DNA of 64,000 bases from an uncultured Pseudomonadales bacterium. GTDB lineage: Bacteria > Patescibacteriota > Microgenomatia > UBA1400 > RBG-16-45-19. This document shows positions 28,942 to 38,677 of the stretch, one piece after another. Both the position numbers and the translations under genes were made by a program. Below the pieces are notes generated by a model, which did not search any database, was not told the origin of the DNA, and saw only the letters and a list, made by a program, of their open reading frames with translations. The stretch lies in NCBI GenBank assembly GCA_964441155.1, contig CAYYKL010000001.1:152393-216392 (forward strand), in the 5' to 3' direction. Position 1 is the stretch's first letter. The number at the start of each line of letters is the position of its first letter.

Positions 28942-30732
28942 ATGCATTACTTTATTAAAGAAAATTTTTATGGAGATCTTAATAACGATAATCAGCTCCG
29001 CTTGACGGGACCGGGAAATCATTTATTGTGCGGCTTGCAATTTCCACGAGATTTAGACGTTCAAATAGAGCGGGTAGAACTTGAAAACGAACAGTTTATC
29101 GTTGCTCTCAACATTCCCATTCAAGTGTTACGTCTCACGATACCGCTCGTCTGTGATATTAGAACACTTCGCTCGCACACGGAACAAAAAATTCCTCGCC
29201 CATCCTTTGAAGATTTGCTTAAGCAAAACATTGATGCGGTGATGCCTAGATTCTACCAATTATCAAGAAAAACAACGGGAAGTGAACTGCGATTTTGGAA
29301 TGAATATAAAGACCTTGATGCGCTCTATCATTATGGATGTACCATTCTTGTCTCCAAGGGAGATCAGGTATTCAGGAGGGGTAAATGGTTGAAAATTTCC
29401 ACCTCTAGGCCTTCAATTTCCATGATTGTGGTTGCCACAACCAATATTACGATTGATGATCCACTAAAGGGATCCCTTTTTCAATCTCACACACTCACGT
29501 CACAACAATCACTTGATCCCTGGATGGTCAAGCTTCATGAAACATTGGGATTAGAAATTGATCATCTTATCCGCACCAAAAAAACCAGCAGTTTTGAATA
29601 TGGCACCATATTCCCGCGGGATTGGATTGAAGCCGCTGATTTAGGTGAAGGCGATTTTACACCCGAAACTGTTGCTTATATGTACAACCAATCGATGCGC
29701 TATATCAACGAGAAAGGTGAGGGTTGGCATGAAGATATTATCGGCGAATACAAAACAAAACTAAGCGAAAGTGACACGCTCATTGACCGAAAAATGATTG
29801 ACATCGAACCTCATTACATTTTGGGGTTCGAACGATTACCTGCTGATTTTTTAGCACAAGACGAAATTCGTCAAAAAATGAAGCTCGTGGCTCATTTCAT
29901 CATGCAAAACGCTTCCCAACAAACATACATATCGTTTAAACGTTTGCCTCATGATGATGGCTACTATTTAGTCGGAAATTGGCGAGATAGCGCTGGAGCC
30001 TTTCCCAGGCAAAAATCACCCTTGTCCCCCTTCGATGTCAATTGTGTTTTTTATCCTCGAGCCCTAGAACTACTCCACAAACACGCAGGGTACTTTGACC
30101 TTGAAAATCACATCAAAAAGCTAGAAGAGCTCATTGACCGCTGGCAGCAACACAAGCTGAGATTTAGGCTCTATCATGACGATACTTTGATTGGCTACTC
30201 ACTTGCACTGCACGGCAAAAAAAATATTCCCTTGCCTCTAGCCCATCTCGATGAAGCATATGACTTATTTTACGGGCAACCCAGCATGGAAGAAGTGGAT
30301 AGTTTCGCGAGAAAATTAATTGATCCAGATTTTTTCTACACTCCCGTGGGTCCATTACTCGTAGATGCTGAAGACGATTATTTCAGTACACGTCAATACC
30401 ATGGCAAAGTTATTTGGCCAAAACAAACAGCGTTTGCAGTGGCGGGATTAGCCCGTCAACTCAGGTGGGGCTTGCAACAAGCATGGCCAAAACCAGTTAT
30501 GACCAGCATTAAGAAATCGATTCGCGTTACCTGTGAAGCAAGCTTTAGGGGATGGCGGGACTTAAATAGTGTACCTGAGCTATATTACTATGATCATGAG
30601 AGTCGGACGGCCAAATTTTATACCGATCAACCAGAATTTGAGGGACAAATGAGCCTTATTCAATTGTGGTCGGCAGTAGGCGGTAGACGAATTATCCGCG
30701 AATATGCAGAGGTAATTGGTAAAAACTCTTAA
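28942..30732 (+). CDS. Hypothetical 596 aa protein. Possibly an (alpha/alpha)6-barrel glycoside-hydrolase-like enzyme.
   Basis: No TM or signal peptide. A Trp/Asp-rich segment (IFPRDWIEAADLG) and VIWPKQTAFAVAGLA loosely recall six-hairpin glycosidase motifs. This is a weak call. Confidence 0.3.
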   Translation: MHYFIKENFYGDLNNDNQLRLTGPGNHLLCGLQFPRDLDVQIERVELENEQFIVALNIPIQVLRLTIPLVCDIRTLRSHTEQKIPRPSFEDLLKQNIDAVMPRFYQLSRKTTGSELRFWNEYKDLDALYHYGCTILVSKGDQVFRRGKWLKISTSRPSISMIVVATTNITIDDPLKGSLFQSHTLTSQQSLDPWMVKLHETLGLEIDHLIRTKKTSSFEYGTIFPRDWIEAADLGEGDFTPETVAYMYNQSMRYINEKGEGWHEDIIGEYKTKLSESDTLIDRKMIDIEPHYILGFERLPADFLAQDEIRQKMKLVAHFIMQNASQQTYISFKRLPHDDGYYLVGNWRDSAGAFPRQKSPLSPFDVNCVFYPRALELLHKHAGYFDLENHIKKLEELIDRWQQHKLRFRLYHDDTLIGYSLALHGKKNIPLPLAHLDEAYDLFYGQPSMEEVDSFARKLIDPDFFYTPVGPLLVDAEDDYFSTRQYHGKVIWPKQTAFAVAGLARQLRWGLQQAWPKPVMTSIKKSIRVTCEASFRGWRDLNSVPELYYYDHESRTAKFYTDQPEFEGQMSLIQLWSAVGGRRIIREYAEVIGKNS

Positions 30733-31337
30733 GTTACTAAGCTCGCGCCTTTAGTGAGCAACGTGAGAGTATTTGATAACCCTGCTAGCGATTTTAGAAT
30801 AACTACATTTTTTGGCAACACCTTGACTTGATTTTGATTTGATGACAACCAAAGTAATTGAATTTCCGGAAAATATTGAATCTCAGGCACCATGACGTCA
30901 TCCACTAAAAATGTTGTTTTAGGAAAATGTTCGCGTATATAGCGCAACTTCCAATCTTGGCGCTTTTCTGAAATAGGCCTGGTAACAAGCGATGCTTGCG
31001 GAAAATGGTGCTTTGTTAACCACGCTTGAGTGATCTCCTGAAATACGTTTGAACGAGAAGTTATATAACAACTTATGGGATAGCTTTTATTTACCTTATG
31101 CAATAGATTAGCAGATCCAGGTTTAGGATCAAGCTCAAAGAGAAATTCACTCGATTCTAGAATATTAATAATTTCATTTTTCACTTCAACTCCTTGCCAT
31201 TGTGGAACATTTCCTGGTTGAAGAAATTTATTGTGTAGCTCTGCCACCGACTGAGCATGACCAAACAATTGATGTACTCGCTCAATCACTCGCAAAGCTG
31301 TAGCTGTTAAGGTGTCATCGATATCAATAGCCAGCAT
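30729..31337 (-). CDS. HAD-superfamily phosphatase.
   Basis: N-terminal motif I DIDDTLT, motif IV FLVDD, and a size typical of small HAD phosphatases/nucleotidases. It is the last gene of the GT4-GT4-HAD operon. Confidence 0.55.
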   Translation of the reverse strand: MLAIDIDDTLTATALRVIERVHQLFGHAQSVAELHNKFLQPGNVPQWQGVEVKNEIINILESSEFLFELDPKPGSANLLHKVNKSYPISCYITSRSNVFQEITQAWLTKHHFPQASLVTRPISEKRQDWKLRYIREHFPKTTFLVDDVMVPEIQYFPEIQLLWLSSNQNQVKVLPKNVVILKSLAGLSNTLTLLTKGASLVT

Positions 31338-31360
31338 GTTTTAGTCATTCCCTTAAAAAG

Positions 31361-32404
31361 CTATGCACGAGTCAATTCGCCCGCTAAATGTACATATGCT
31401 TTCGCCATTATTTTTGAACTAAATCGTGTTTCCACAATTGAGCGGCATTTTCTTGGGTCTATGCGGTCAACTTCATCGAGCTTCGACTTCATTTCCTCAA
31501 GTGAAGACACCAAGAATCCATTTTTCCCAGGCTGAATTAGCTCTGGCATAGACCCTCGAGGATTCACAATCACTGGTGTGCCACAAGCGTTTGCCTCAGG
31601 AACAACTAATCCAAATGGCTCTTCCCAGTTAAGCCACAGAAGCAATGCCTTGGCTTTGGCAAGCAATTTAGTTTTTCCCTCATGGTCAACTTCACCAATA
31701 AATTCTATTTGCTTGCCATCAATAAGTGGTGCTACTTCTTTCTCAAAGTATTCACGGTCAACCACATCCACTTTGGCAGCAATTTTCAATCGATGTGAAG
31801 TTGTCTTGATCATCTGACAAATTTCTTTTAAACCTTTTTCTGGCGACGTTCTGCCTAAAAACACAAAATAGTCGCGCTTGCCTTTGCCCACAGGAAATGC
31901 AGACACATCAATTCCGTTATAGATAGTATCTACCCAATTAAGTTGAGGCATGGCTTTGCGCTGGTTGTTGGAAATCGAGACATAATTGGCGTCTGGATTA
32001 TTTTCATAGCCATATTGTTCGTATTCAGATCCAAGTGGTCCATGCATGGTCGTGAAAACGGGACAATCAACAAACGACACAAACGGTAATAACCGCCAGC
32101 CGAAATGATTATGCACCACATCTGGCTCAAGGTCTCTAATCTGTTTCAAAATTGTCGACAAGTGATACAGCTTGAGATAATTTCTCCATGAAGAATCAGC
32201 AGGAGGTGGAAATGCCTTACGCAGTGAAACCGGTACGATAGAGACTAACTGAGCTGAGACAGTGGAATCACCTGTTCCCAATAAAAAAACCTCATGACCA
32301 AGCTTAGTCATTTCTTCAACTAAGTTATAAACTACCAGCTCTGTTCCGCCATAGGTTTTGGGTGGAACTGGTTCTTCTAATGGTGCAATTTGCACTATGC
32401 GCAT
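31361..32404 (-). CDS. Glycosyltransferase family 4 (GT-B, retaining).
   Basis: N-terminus MRIVQIAPLEEPVPPKTYGGTELVVYNLVEEM and C-terminal EX7E region EPFGLVVPEANACGTPVI. Confidence 0.75.
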   Translation of the reverse strand: MRIVQIAPLEEPVPPKTYGGTELVVYNLVEEMTKLGHEVFLLGTGDSTVSAQLVSIVPVSLRKAFPPPADSSWRNYLKLYHLSTILKQIRDLEPDVVHNHFGWRLLPFVSFVDCPVFTTMHGPLGSEYEQYGYENNPDANYVSISNNQRKAMPQLNWVDTIYNGIDVSAFPVGKGKRDYFVFLGRTSPEKGLKEICQMIKTTSHRLKIAAKVDVVDREYFEKEVAPLIDGKQIEFIGEVDHEGKTKLLAKAKALLLWLNWEEPFGLVVPEANACGTPVIVNPRGSMPELIQPGKNGFLVSSLEEMKSKLDEVDRIDPRKCRSIVETRFSSKIMAKAYVHLAGELTRA

Positions 32405-32418
32405 AGATACTCCATTAA

Positions 32419-33759
32419 CTAATTTGGTACATAGTCGTATTTTTGTTTGCCACCAAGTGTGTTTGAGAGAAAATAATTATCGTTAATCCATTGATTATAG
32501 GAAAAATGCTCTGTTTCCAATAACACCGAATCATACACCTCTCTAAATTTTTTCGCCTGAGTCTCCCAACCAAATGAGTCAACAATCGTTTGACGAGCGT
32601 TTTGCGCAATTGAGGCGCGATATTCAACGTCAAGCGCAAGAGCCCTCAAATATGTAGCGATAATAGCTGGTCTTTGAGGATTAACTAAAATACCATTGCG
32701 GTTTTGGGAAACGATGCCGCTCGCACCTCCCGTGTTGCTGGCAATTGAGGCAGTTTCTGATGCCATAGCCTCCAAAAGCGTAAAACCGTAGGGTTCATTA
32801 TCAGACAACATCATAAATATATCTGCTGCCGTATAGGCAAGATTTACTCGATCATGTGATAAAGCGTCATGCAACTTGACGTAGTCGGACAGATCTAGCG
32901 CATGAATTTTCTCAGTCAGACTTTGGGCGAATTTTTTTTGCCGAGACGTCATCTGGTGTGAATTGCCTGAGTAGATATGTAATTCGAATGGCTTTGAGTA
33001 AATCTGCCGAAATACATGCGCTGATTCAACGGCATGATCAAAACCTTTCGTGGGTTCCATTCGACCAACGCTGAGTAGCATGAGTGGTTTTTGTGGTAAT
33101 CTAAGTCTTTTGCGTGCCTCATGCTTGCTCATGGGAGCGAAATGATTAATATCTATTCCAGGAGGCACTACACTTGCCTTATCCTCACCGAGTGCGTACT
33201 GATCTTTTAACACTTGTTTTTCGCGCTCACTGGAAATTATTAGCTTATTAGCAGCAAGGATCGTGTAATTTTCCCAAACCAGCCTGGGAATGAAATTATA
33301 CGTATTTTCGTTATCGACGTTACGGAAATTGGTTCGCTTTATTGCCCCCAATGAATGAGGCGTCCATACAAGTGGCACGTACTGGGAATGAATTTTTTTG
33401 AGCTGTAGCGCAGCCTTCCCCCCATCCCAATAATGAGCGTGAATGAGCATATTTTCTTGCCCTCGCAAGTATTGGCTTAGCTTGGCCGCAAACTCAGGCA
33501 GAACTGGTTCAAATAATTCTTTAGGAATAAAGCCACTTCCTCCAGCAGTTATGCGCTTAATTACATAACGATCACTCACTTTGCTTAACGCTTTACGCTT
33601 TCCTACTTGGCGACAGAACGTCGTCACCGTAAGGTCGTCATATAAAGCGACTAAAGCTTGAGCCAGTTGATGTTCATAAACGCACTGGCCTCCAGCATCT
33701 TGCTCTCCAAGATCAGCTTCAGGATCACTATGGGGTGACAAAAAAATGAGATTAAGCAT
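32419..33759 (-). CDS. Glycosyltransferase family 4, MshA/sucrose-phosphate-synthase-like. The acceptor is probably a phosphorylated small molecule.
   Basis: The N-terminal loop SPHSDPEADLGEQDAGGQCVYEHQLAQAL resembles the H(T/S)SP...DxGGxxxY acceptor loop of MshA/SPS-type GT4 enzymes. The C-terminal motif EPYGFTLLEAMA is a GT4 signature. The track start is a TTG at 33825. The ATG of MLNLIFLSPH is at 33759. Confidence 0.65.
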   Translation of the reverse strand: MLNLIFLSPHSDPEADLGEQDAGGQCVYEHQLAQALVALYDDLTVTTFCRQVGKRKALSKVSDRYVIKRITAGGSGFIPKELFEPVLPEFAAKLSQYLRGQENMLIHAHYWDGGKAALQLKKIHSQYVPLVWTPHSLGAIKRTNFRNVDNENTYNFIPRLVWENYTILAANKLIISSEREKQVLKDQYALGEDKASVVPPGIDINHFAPMSKHEARKRLRLPQKPLMLLSVGRMEPTKGFDHAVESAHVFRQIYSKPFELHIYSGNSHQMTSRQKKFAQSLTEKIHALDLSDYVKLHDALSHDRVNLAYTAADIFMMLSDNEPYGFTLLEAMASETASIASNTGGASGIVSQNRNGILVNPQRPAIIATYLRALALDVEYRASIAQNARQTIVDSFGWETQAKKFREVYDSVLLETEHFSYNQWINDNYFLSNTLGGKQKYDYVPN

Positions 33760-33920
33760 GGCTGTAAAGCAAATTTCGTCTAATAAACACACCGACGCAA
33801 TCTTATGCCAACTCAGCCATACCAATAGTAGTAGTAATGTAAGAAATTAATAAAAAATGAAGTCAGAGGATAATACTAAAACTCAAACTTTTATGAGCAA
33901 AAGAGTGTAGAAATGAGAAG

Positions 33921-34940
33921 TTACTTGCCAAAAATGGCGACGTAAAAGCCATCTTTGCCTGAAATACATCCATGAGTGAAGTCATTTGAGAGCTGAGCTT
34001 CGCGGTGACCTTCAGTTGAGGTGTCCCAACCCCATTCAATGACGTGGTTTGGATATTGCGCGCTCGGCCAATACGCCAAGTTTTCGGCGATCAAATTTCG
34101 CTTGGTAATCTCGAATAACGAGCCACTATCTCCATCACGTTTAAACCCTTCATGTGCATCCAGTGGGTATTTATCGGGATTTGGGTAATCTGCTTCTTCT
34201 CGCGTTGCCATCATGCTTATGTGTTCATCGACGCGCTTGCGTGCATAGACACATAAATTTTCATCCATTTCCAAAGTTGTTCGTTGATGAGCCTTGCGAT
34301 ATTCGCTGAGGGCCAACCAAATATCGCTTTCTGAAAAATTCTTTGGTTTGATTACTTGAACTGGAGCTGGAGTGGTAGTAATTACTCTCTCAACTATTTT
34401 TGGTTTCATCTCCTCTTGGCTAAAGTAACTTACTAGGAGTGTAACCAGTTCTTTGCCCGACGATTGCACGCATGCGTGCGAGTACTCGCTCGATTTAAGG
34501 GCTGCCACTACTTGTTCGTCAGATTGCAATTCAAGCACGAGCGCTTGGGTGCTCGCAGAGTTGCTCAAGCGCAGCACCATGTTTTTGTGACAATCTTTGC
34601 ACGTGGAAACAACGCTTTTGGCATCCTTTTGGACCGAAGCAGCAATGGCAGTAACTAAATCACAGGTTTTTGTGTCTGAGACATAGGGATTTAAGCCCCA
34701 TTTGCTTCGCAGAGCATTCAACGCTTCTTGGAATTCTGTTGCACTTGAATAATACATCGTTGCTTTTGCAGGCACTAGTTTTTCACGCAGTGCTTTGGGC
34801 ATCACAATTCCAAATCGCTCAACCAGAGATTGACGTAATCCTGTGAGTTCTTTCGCATATTTCACATTCAGAAACACGATGTTGAGACTGAGTAAAAAGA
34901 TTATAGCTAGTCGAATTATGGTTTTTTTTGATGGCTTCAT
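33921..34940 (-). CDS. Secreted or membrane-anchored protein with a C-terminal CAP/SCP (YkwD-like) domain.
   Basis: N-terminal signal anchor (TIIRLAIIFLLSLNIVFL). The C-terminus ...AENLAYWPS...WGWDTSTEGHREAQLSNDFTHGCISGKDGFYVAIFGK matches CAP-domain signature blocks. The Cys-rich N-terminal half is unassigned. Confidence 0.5.
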   Translation of the reverse strand: MKPSKKTIIRLAIIFLLSLNIVFLNVKYAKELTGLRQSLVERFGIVMPKALREKLVPAKATMYYSSATEFQEALNALRSKWGLNPYVSDTKTCDLVTAIAASVQKDAKSVVSTCKDCHKNMVLRLSNSASTQALVLELQSDEQVVAALKSSEYSHACVQSSGKELVTLLVSYFSQEEMKPKIVERVITTTPAPVQVIKPKNFSESDIWLALSEYRKAHQRTTLEMDENLCVYARKRVDEHISMMATREEADYPNPDKYPLDAHEGFKRDGDSGSLFEITKRNLIAENLAYWPSAQYPNHVIEWGWDTSTEGHREAQLSNDFTHGCISGKDGFYVAIFGK

Positions 34941-34952
34941 ATCACTAAACGC

Positions 34953-36809
34953 TTACATTTTCTCTAAGGGGTCGATACTCAATAGTTTCAAGCCATTACT
35001 GAGTATGAGCTGAGTCGCTCGGCACAATAGCAATCGTAACTTTGTTTTTTCTTCTTCGTTTTGGCCGTCTTTACCCAAAATAGAATGCTGATGATAAAAC
35101 GCGTTAAACCGTTGGGCCACAGAAAAAAGATAGGTGCATACTTGATGTGGTGCATGTGATGCGGCAGCATTTTCAACAATCTGCGGAAATTGATACAGCA
35201 CGCGCAACAAACTTAACTCAAGTGGGGCTAAGTCATTGCTATCTATTTCATCCAAGCTTGATGGATTAATGCCGCGCTCGCTCGCTTTACGCAACACACT
35301 TGCCAGGCGCGCATGCGTGTATTGCATGTATGGCCCTGAATTCCCTTCCATGGTCAACATTTCATCCCAGTCAAAGATAATGGAATGTTTTGGATCTCGT
35401 TTTAGATCGTTCCATTTCAAAGCTCCAATGCCAATAGAATCTGCTTTATTTATAATTTGCGAAAATTTTAGTGTTTTTTCAGGATTGTTCTTTCGACTAG
35501 TTTGAATATAGTCTTCACCATACTCAATATCATGCTTTCCAGTCATAAGTGAAAATGCCCTTTTATTGGCTTCCTCCAACACATCTTCTAACCAAATCGT
35601 ATTGCCTTTCCTTGTGGACATTTTTTTATCGTTAAACCGAATGAGCCCATGCCCCACATGCACACGCTGCTCTGACTTAAACCAACCAAGCATTTGTTCC
35701 ATTTCAAATAATTGTTGGAAGTAGAGCGTTTGTTCTGTACCTACTTCATTGATAATCAAATCTGGTCCATATGTTTCTTTTCTATATAAATCCGTCGCTA
35801 GATCTCTGGTGTGATAGAGTGTAGCTCCATCTTTTTTAAGAATCATGGCTGGCGGGTATTTGTCGTTGGGGAAAAACACGAGCTTGGCTCCCTCTTTACC
35901 CTCGGTTAACAGACCCTTTTCTTCTAGTGCAGCTATCACTGGTTGCATTTTGTCTTCAAAATAAGATTCACCCAATCCCCTTCCTTGGTTAAATTCGTTG
36001 GAAAAATTATTCACGTTGAGTTTTTTGTATAACGCTTCAAACTCTTTCCACGACCAATCGGCGCACTTGGTCCATAATGCTTTAGCTTCAGGATCGCCTG
36101 TTTCGAGTTTCTTAAACCATGCTCGTGCGGCCTCTTCCATTTCTGGATCATTTTCTGCTTTTTCGTGAAATTCAACGTACAAGGCAACCAAAACTTTTAC
36201 TGGATTCTCTGCCTGCTCAACCTCAATAATATTCGACTCAAGATTTCCCTTACCCAAATGCTTGAGTGCATAAATTTGCTTACCAAACTGCGTTCCCCAA
36301 TCGCCTACGTGATTGTCGCGCATGACTCGAGCCCCCGAAAATTCCAAAAGAGAAGCAATCGCGTCTCCAATTATAGTTGAACGAAGGTGTCCAATGGTGA
36401 ATGGCTTGGCAATGTTTGGTGAACTATATTCAACAATCACTGTTTTGCCCTCCCAAGTTTTGCTTTTGCCGTAGTCTTGGCCTAAGGCTACCGCTTGCTG
36501 AGCTTGATCGAGCAAATAAGCATTCGTGAACGTTAAGTTGATGAATCCCGGCGCAGCCGCTTCCACTTTAGCAATGATCTCGTTTTGAGGGATGTGATCA
36601 CAAAATGCCTGAGCAAGTGCCAGAGGCGATGCAAATGAAGTGTTTCCACCCGATCGAAGCAGAGGAAATGTTTTGAGAGCAATATTTGAACTAACATCTC
36701 CATGTTCTTCTACACTTGGATGATTAAGCTCGTAAGCCACTTGAGGCAAAAGCAACTCGGTTTTGGCTGCATCGATTAATTCTCGAACAATCGCTTGATA
36801 CGATTTCAT
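34953..36809 (-). CDS. argS: Arginyl-tRNA synthetase.
   Basis: Class I core PNIAKPFTIGHLRSTIIGDAIASLL (HIGH region), KMSTRKGN (KMSKS-like), and a C-terminal DALR-type anticodon-binding region. Confidence 0.85.
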   Translation of the reverse strand: MKSYQAIVRELIDAAKTELLLPQVAYELNHPSVEEHGDVSSNIALKTFPLLRSGGNTSFASPLALAQAFCDHIPQNEIIAKVEAAAPGFINLTFTNAYLLDQAQQAVALGQDYGKSKTWEGKTVIVEYSSPNIAKPFTIGHLRSTIIGDAIASLLEFSGARVMRDNHVGDWGTQFGKQIYALKHLGKGNLESNIIEVEQAENPVKVLVALYVEFHEKAENDPEMEEAARAWFKKLETGDPEAKALWTKCADWSWKEFEALYKKLNVNNFSNEFNQGRGLGESYFEDKMQPVIAALEEKGLLTEGKEGAKLVFFPNDKYPPAMILKKDGATLYHTRDLATDLYRKETYGPDLIINEVGTEQTLYFQQLFEMEQMLGWFKSEQRVHVGHGLIRFNDKKMSTRKGNTIWLEDVLEEANKRAFSLMTGKHDIEYGEDYIQTSRKNNPEKTLKFSQIINKADSIGIGALKWNDLKRDPKHSIIFDWDEMLTMEGNSGPYMQYTHARLASVLRKASERGINPSSLDEIDSNDLAPLELSLLRVLYQFPQIVENAAASHAPHQVCTYLFSVAQRFNAFYHQHSILGKDGQNEEEKTKLRLLLCRATQLILSNGLKLLSIDPLEKM

Positions 36810-36892
36810 ATAAGTTTCTCTAGATATACAATCGCATTATATCGTAATCTGAATCTGCTTGGGGATTGGAATCCATCAAACGCAAGATCTGC

Positions 36893-37705
36893 TCAGGCTA
36901 GCTCAGCGGCACCACGGGCTTCGATGAATCGCATAGGTTGTGCTTGATTCCACACAAAATCAAATAGCTGTTTTTGCATGGTAGCAAGCTGCGAGTTATA
37001 TATTTCCACCGCAAAAATTGCATCATTGTGATAGGTATACGTCGCGTAGACATTGTTATAAATTAGTACTTCGAATTCGATAGTAAGTTTTTTCGGATCT
37101 ATATACCGATACTGCGAAAACTGTTCAATCATTTGAGTCACATCGGTAAATCCAGGAAGTTTTAGGTGATTAGTTAAGTCAAGAGTGGTAATTTTTTGCT
37201 CCACGAGTTTCGCACGAATGCTTTCAGCGAATTCCACAGGCAAAAACTGCGATAAATGCGCCATTTCAAAAACTCGAATCGAGTCTACCGCTTTGGTGAT
37301 GTTGAAGCTCACCTGTTTTAATCCCTCAATGCCCTCGTAATACAATACTTTTGAGTCTTGTTGATTCGATTGCATTAAAGCTTCCAGCTTTTGAGTCAAT
37401 TCCGGCAATTGTTCTAGCATGGTACGCGAAACTTCTTCTTGTTTAGCGGCAATATCTTTAAAAACTGTAGGATGCACTGCACCAAAGCGCATGCCACGGT
37501 CATCGAGTTTTTGTTCAATCAATCCTTTAGATTTGAGTTTATCGAGAAGGCGATAAATCTTGGTTCGGGCAATTGATAATTGTCGGCTGAGTATTAGTGC
37601 GGAGCTAAATCCAGTTTTTAGCAAATAAAGGTATACACTGCTCTCCTCTGCGGACAGTCCAAAGGTTTGTATGAGTGGTGAAATAGTGTCTGCTTGTTCG
37701 GACAT
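36893..37705 (-). CDS. TrmB-family transcriptional regulator.
   Basis: N-terminal winged HTH LIQTFGLSAEESSVYLYLLKTGFSSALILSRQLSIARTKIYRLLDKLKSKGLI, typical of TrmB. Start moved to the ATG at 37705 (MSEQADT). The track start at 37759 would overlap the divergent DMT gene. Confidence 0.55.
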   Translation of the reverse strand: MSEQADTISPLIQTFGLSAEESSVYLYLLKTGFSSALILSRQLSIARTKIYRLLDKLKSKGLIEQKLDDRGMRFGAVHPTVFKDIAAKQEEVSRTMLEQLPELTQKLEALMQSNQQDSKVLYYEGIEGLKQVSFNITKAVDSIRVFEMAHLSQFLPVEFAESIRAKLVEQKITTLDLTNHLKLPGFTDVTQMIEQFSQYRYIDPKKLTIEFEVLIYNNVYATYTYHNDAIFAVEIYNSQLATMQKQLFDFVWNQAQPMRFIEARGAAELA

Positions 37706-37744
37706 CACTTTGCATTGTAATGGTCTCTCCCCTAAAATTACACT

Positions 37745-38620
37745 ATGAATTCGAAACAAACCTTAGGAATTGCTAGTATCTTGGGTTCCGCATTTTTGTA
37801 TGGCAGTTATGGGGTGTGGTCCCAGCTTATGGTCGGAGGCTTTGGTGAATTCAATCAAGCCTGGATTCGCGCAGCCATTCTGCTGGCACTGTTAATTCCC
37901 TACGGCTTGCTCACTAAATCATTTAAACGAGTTGCTCGGGCTGATTGGAAATGGTTTGCCATCATATCGATAGCTGGTGCTTTCAATCAAGCACCCTATT
38001 ATTACGGTTTTCGCCACTTAGATGTGGGATTGGGAACTCTGCTGTTTTACGGCGCCCTGACAATCGGCGCATTTATCATTGGCAAATTCTTTTTCGGTGA
38101 AAAAATAACTCGAATTAAGTTGATTGCCCTTATTTTGGGAGTAATTGGATTACTCGTTATGAGTGGCGTGAATGCTTCCGGCTCACATCTCTTAGCTGCA
38201 CTTAGCGTTGTCGCAGCTGGATTCATGGGAGCTATATATGTTGTTTTCACCAAAAAGTTATCATCTCGTTACAGCGAAGCACAAATACTATCGATCTTAT
38301 TCTCGTGCATGCTTCTAGCTAATGGATTTATCAGTCTCTATATCAGCGAGCCTTTATCTACATCAATTATTTCTGTTGCCTGGAGAGCACAAATTGGTTA
38401 TGCAATTACTCAGCTTGCTGCCAGCGCACTCGTGATCAAGGGCTTCTCTCTGCTTCAGCCGGCAATTGCCGCCCTCTTGGGCTTAACTGAAGTTATTTTT
38501 GCCCTACTTCTTGGCATGATCATTTTCGGTGAGAAACTAACTCCGTCAATTATAGTCGGCTCACTCTTGATCCTGACCGCCGCAGCATTACCGCAGGCAA
38601 GCAAACTTTTTCGACGATAA
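37745..38620 (+). CDS. DMT-superfamily (EamA-like) transporter.
   Basis: 291 aa, about 10 TM helices arranged as two 5-TM repeats. Confidence 0.6.
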   Translation: MNSKQTLGIASILGSAFLYGSYGVWSQLMVGGFGEFNQAWIRAAILLALLIPYGLLTKSFKRVARADWKWFAIISIAGAFNQAPYYYGFRHLDVGLGTLLFYGALTIGAFIIGKFFFGEKITRIKLIALILGVIGLLVMSGVNASGSHLLAALSVVAAGFMGAIYVVFTKKLSSRYSEAQILSILFSCMLLANGFISLYISEPLSTSIISVAWRAQIGYAITQLAASALVIKGFSLLQPAIAALLGLTEVIFALLLGMIIFGEKLTPSIIVGSLLILTAAALPQASKLFRR

Positions 38621-38677
38621 AATCTTTACCAGTCAAAAACTTTGAGAGCACGTTGGAAAAAAAGCGTCAAATCCCGT

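Noticed and set aside
32415-32639. 74 aa minus-strand ORF overlapping the 3' end of the MshA/SPS-like GT4 gene.
   Set aside because: It is out of frame inside a confident GT4 C-terminal domain. It is taken as spurious.
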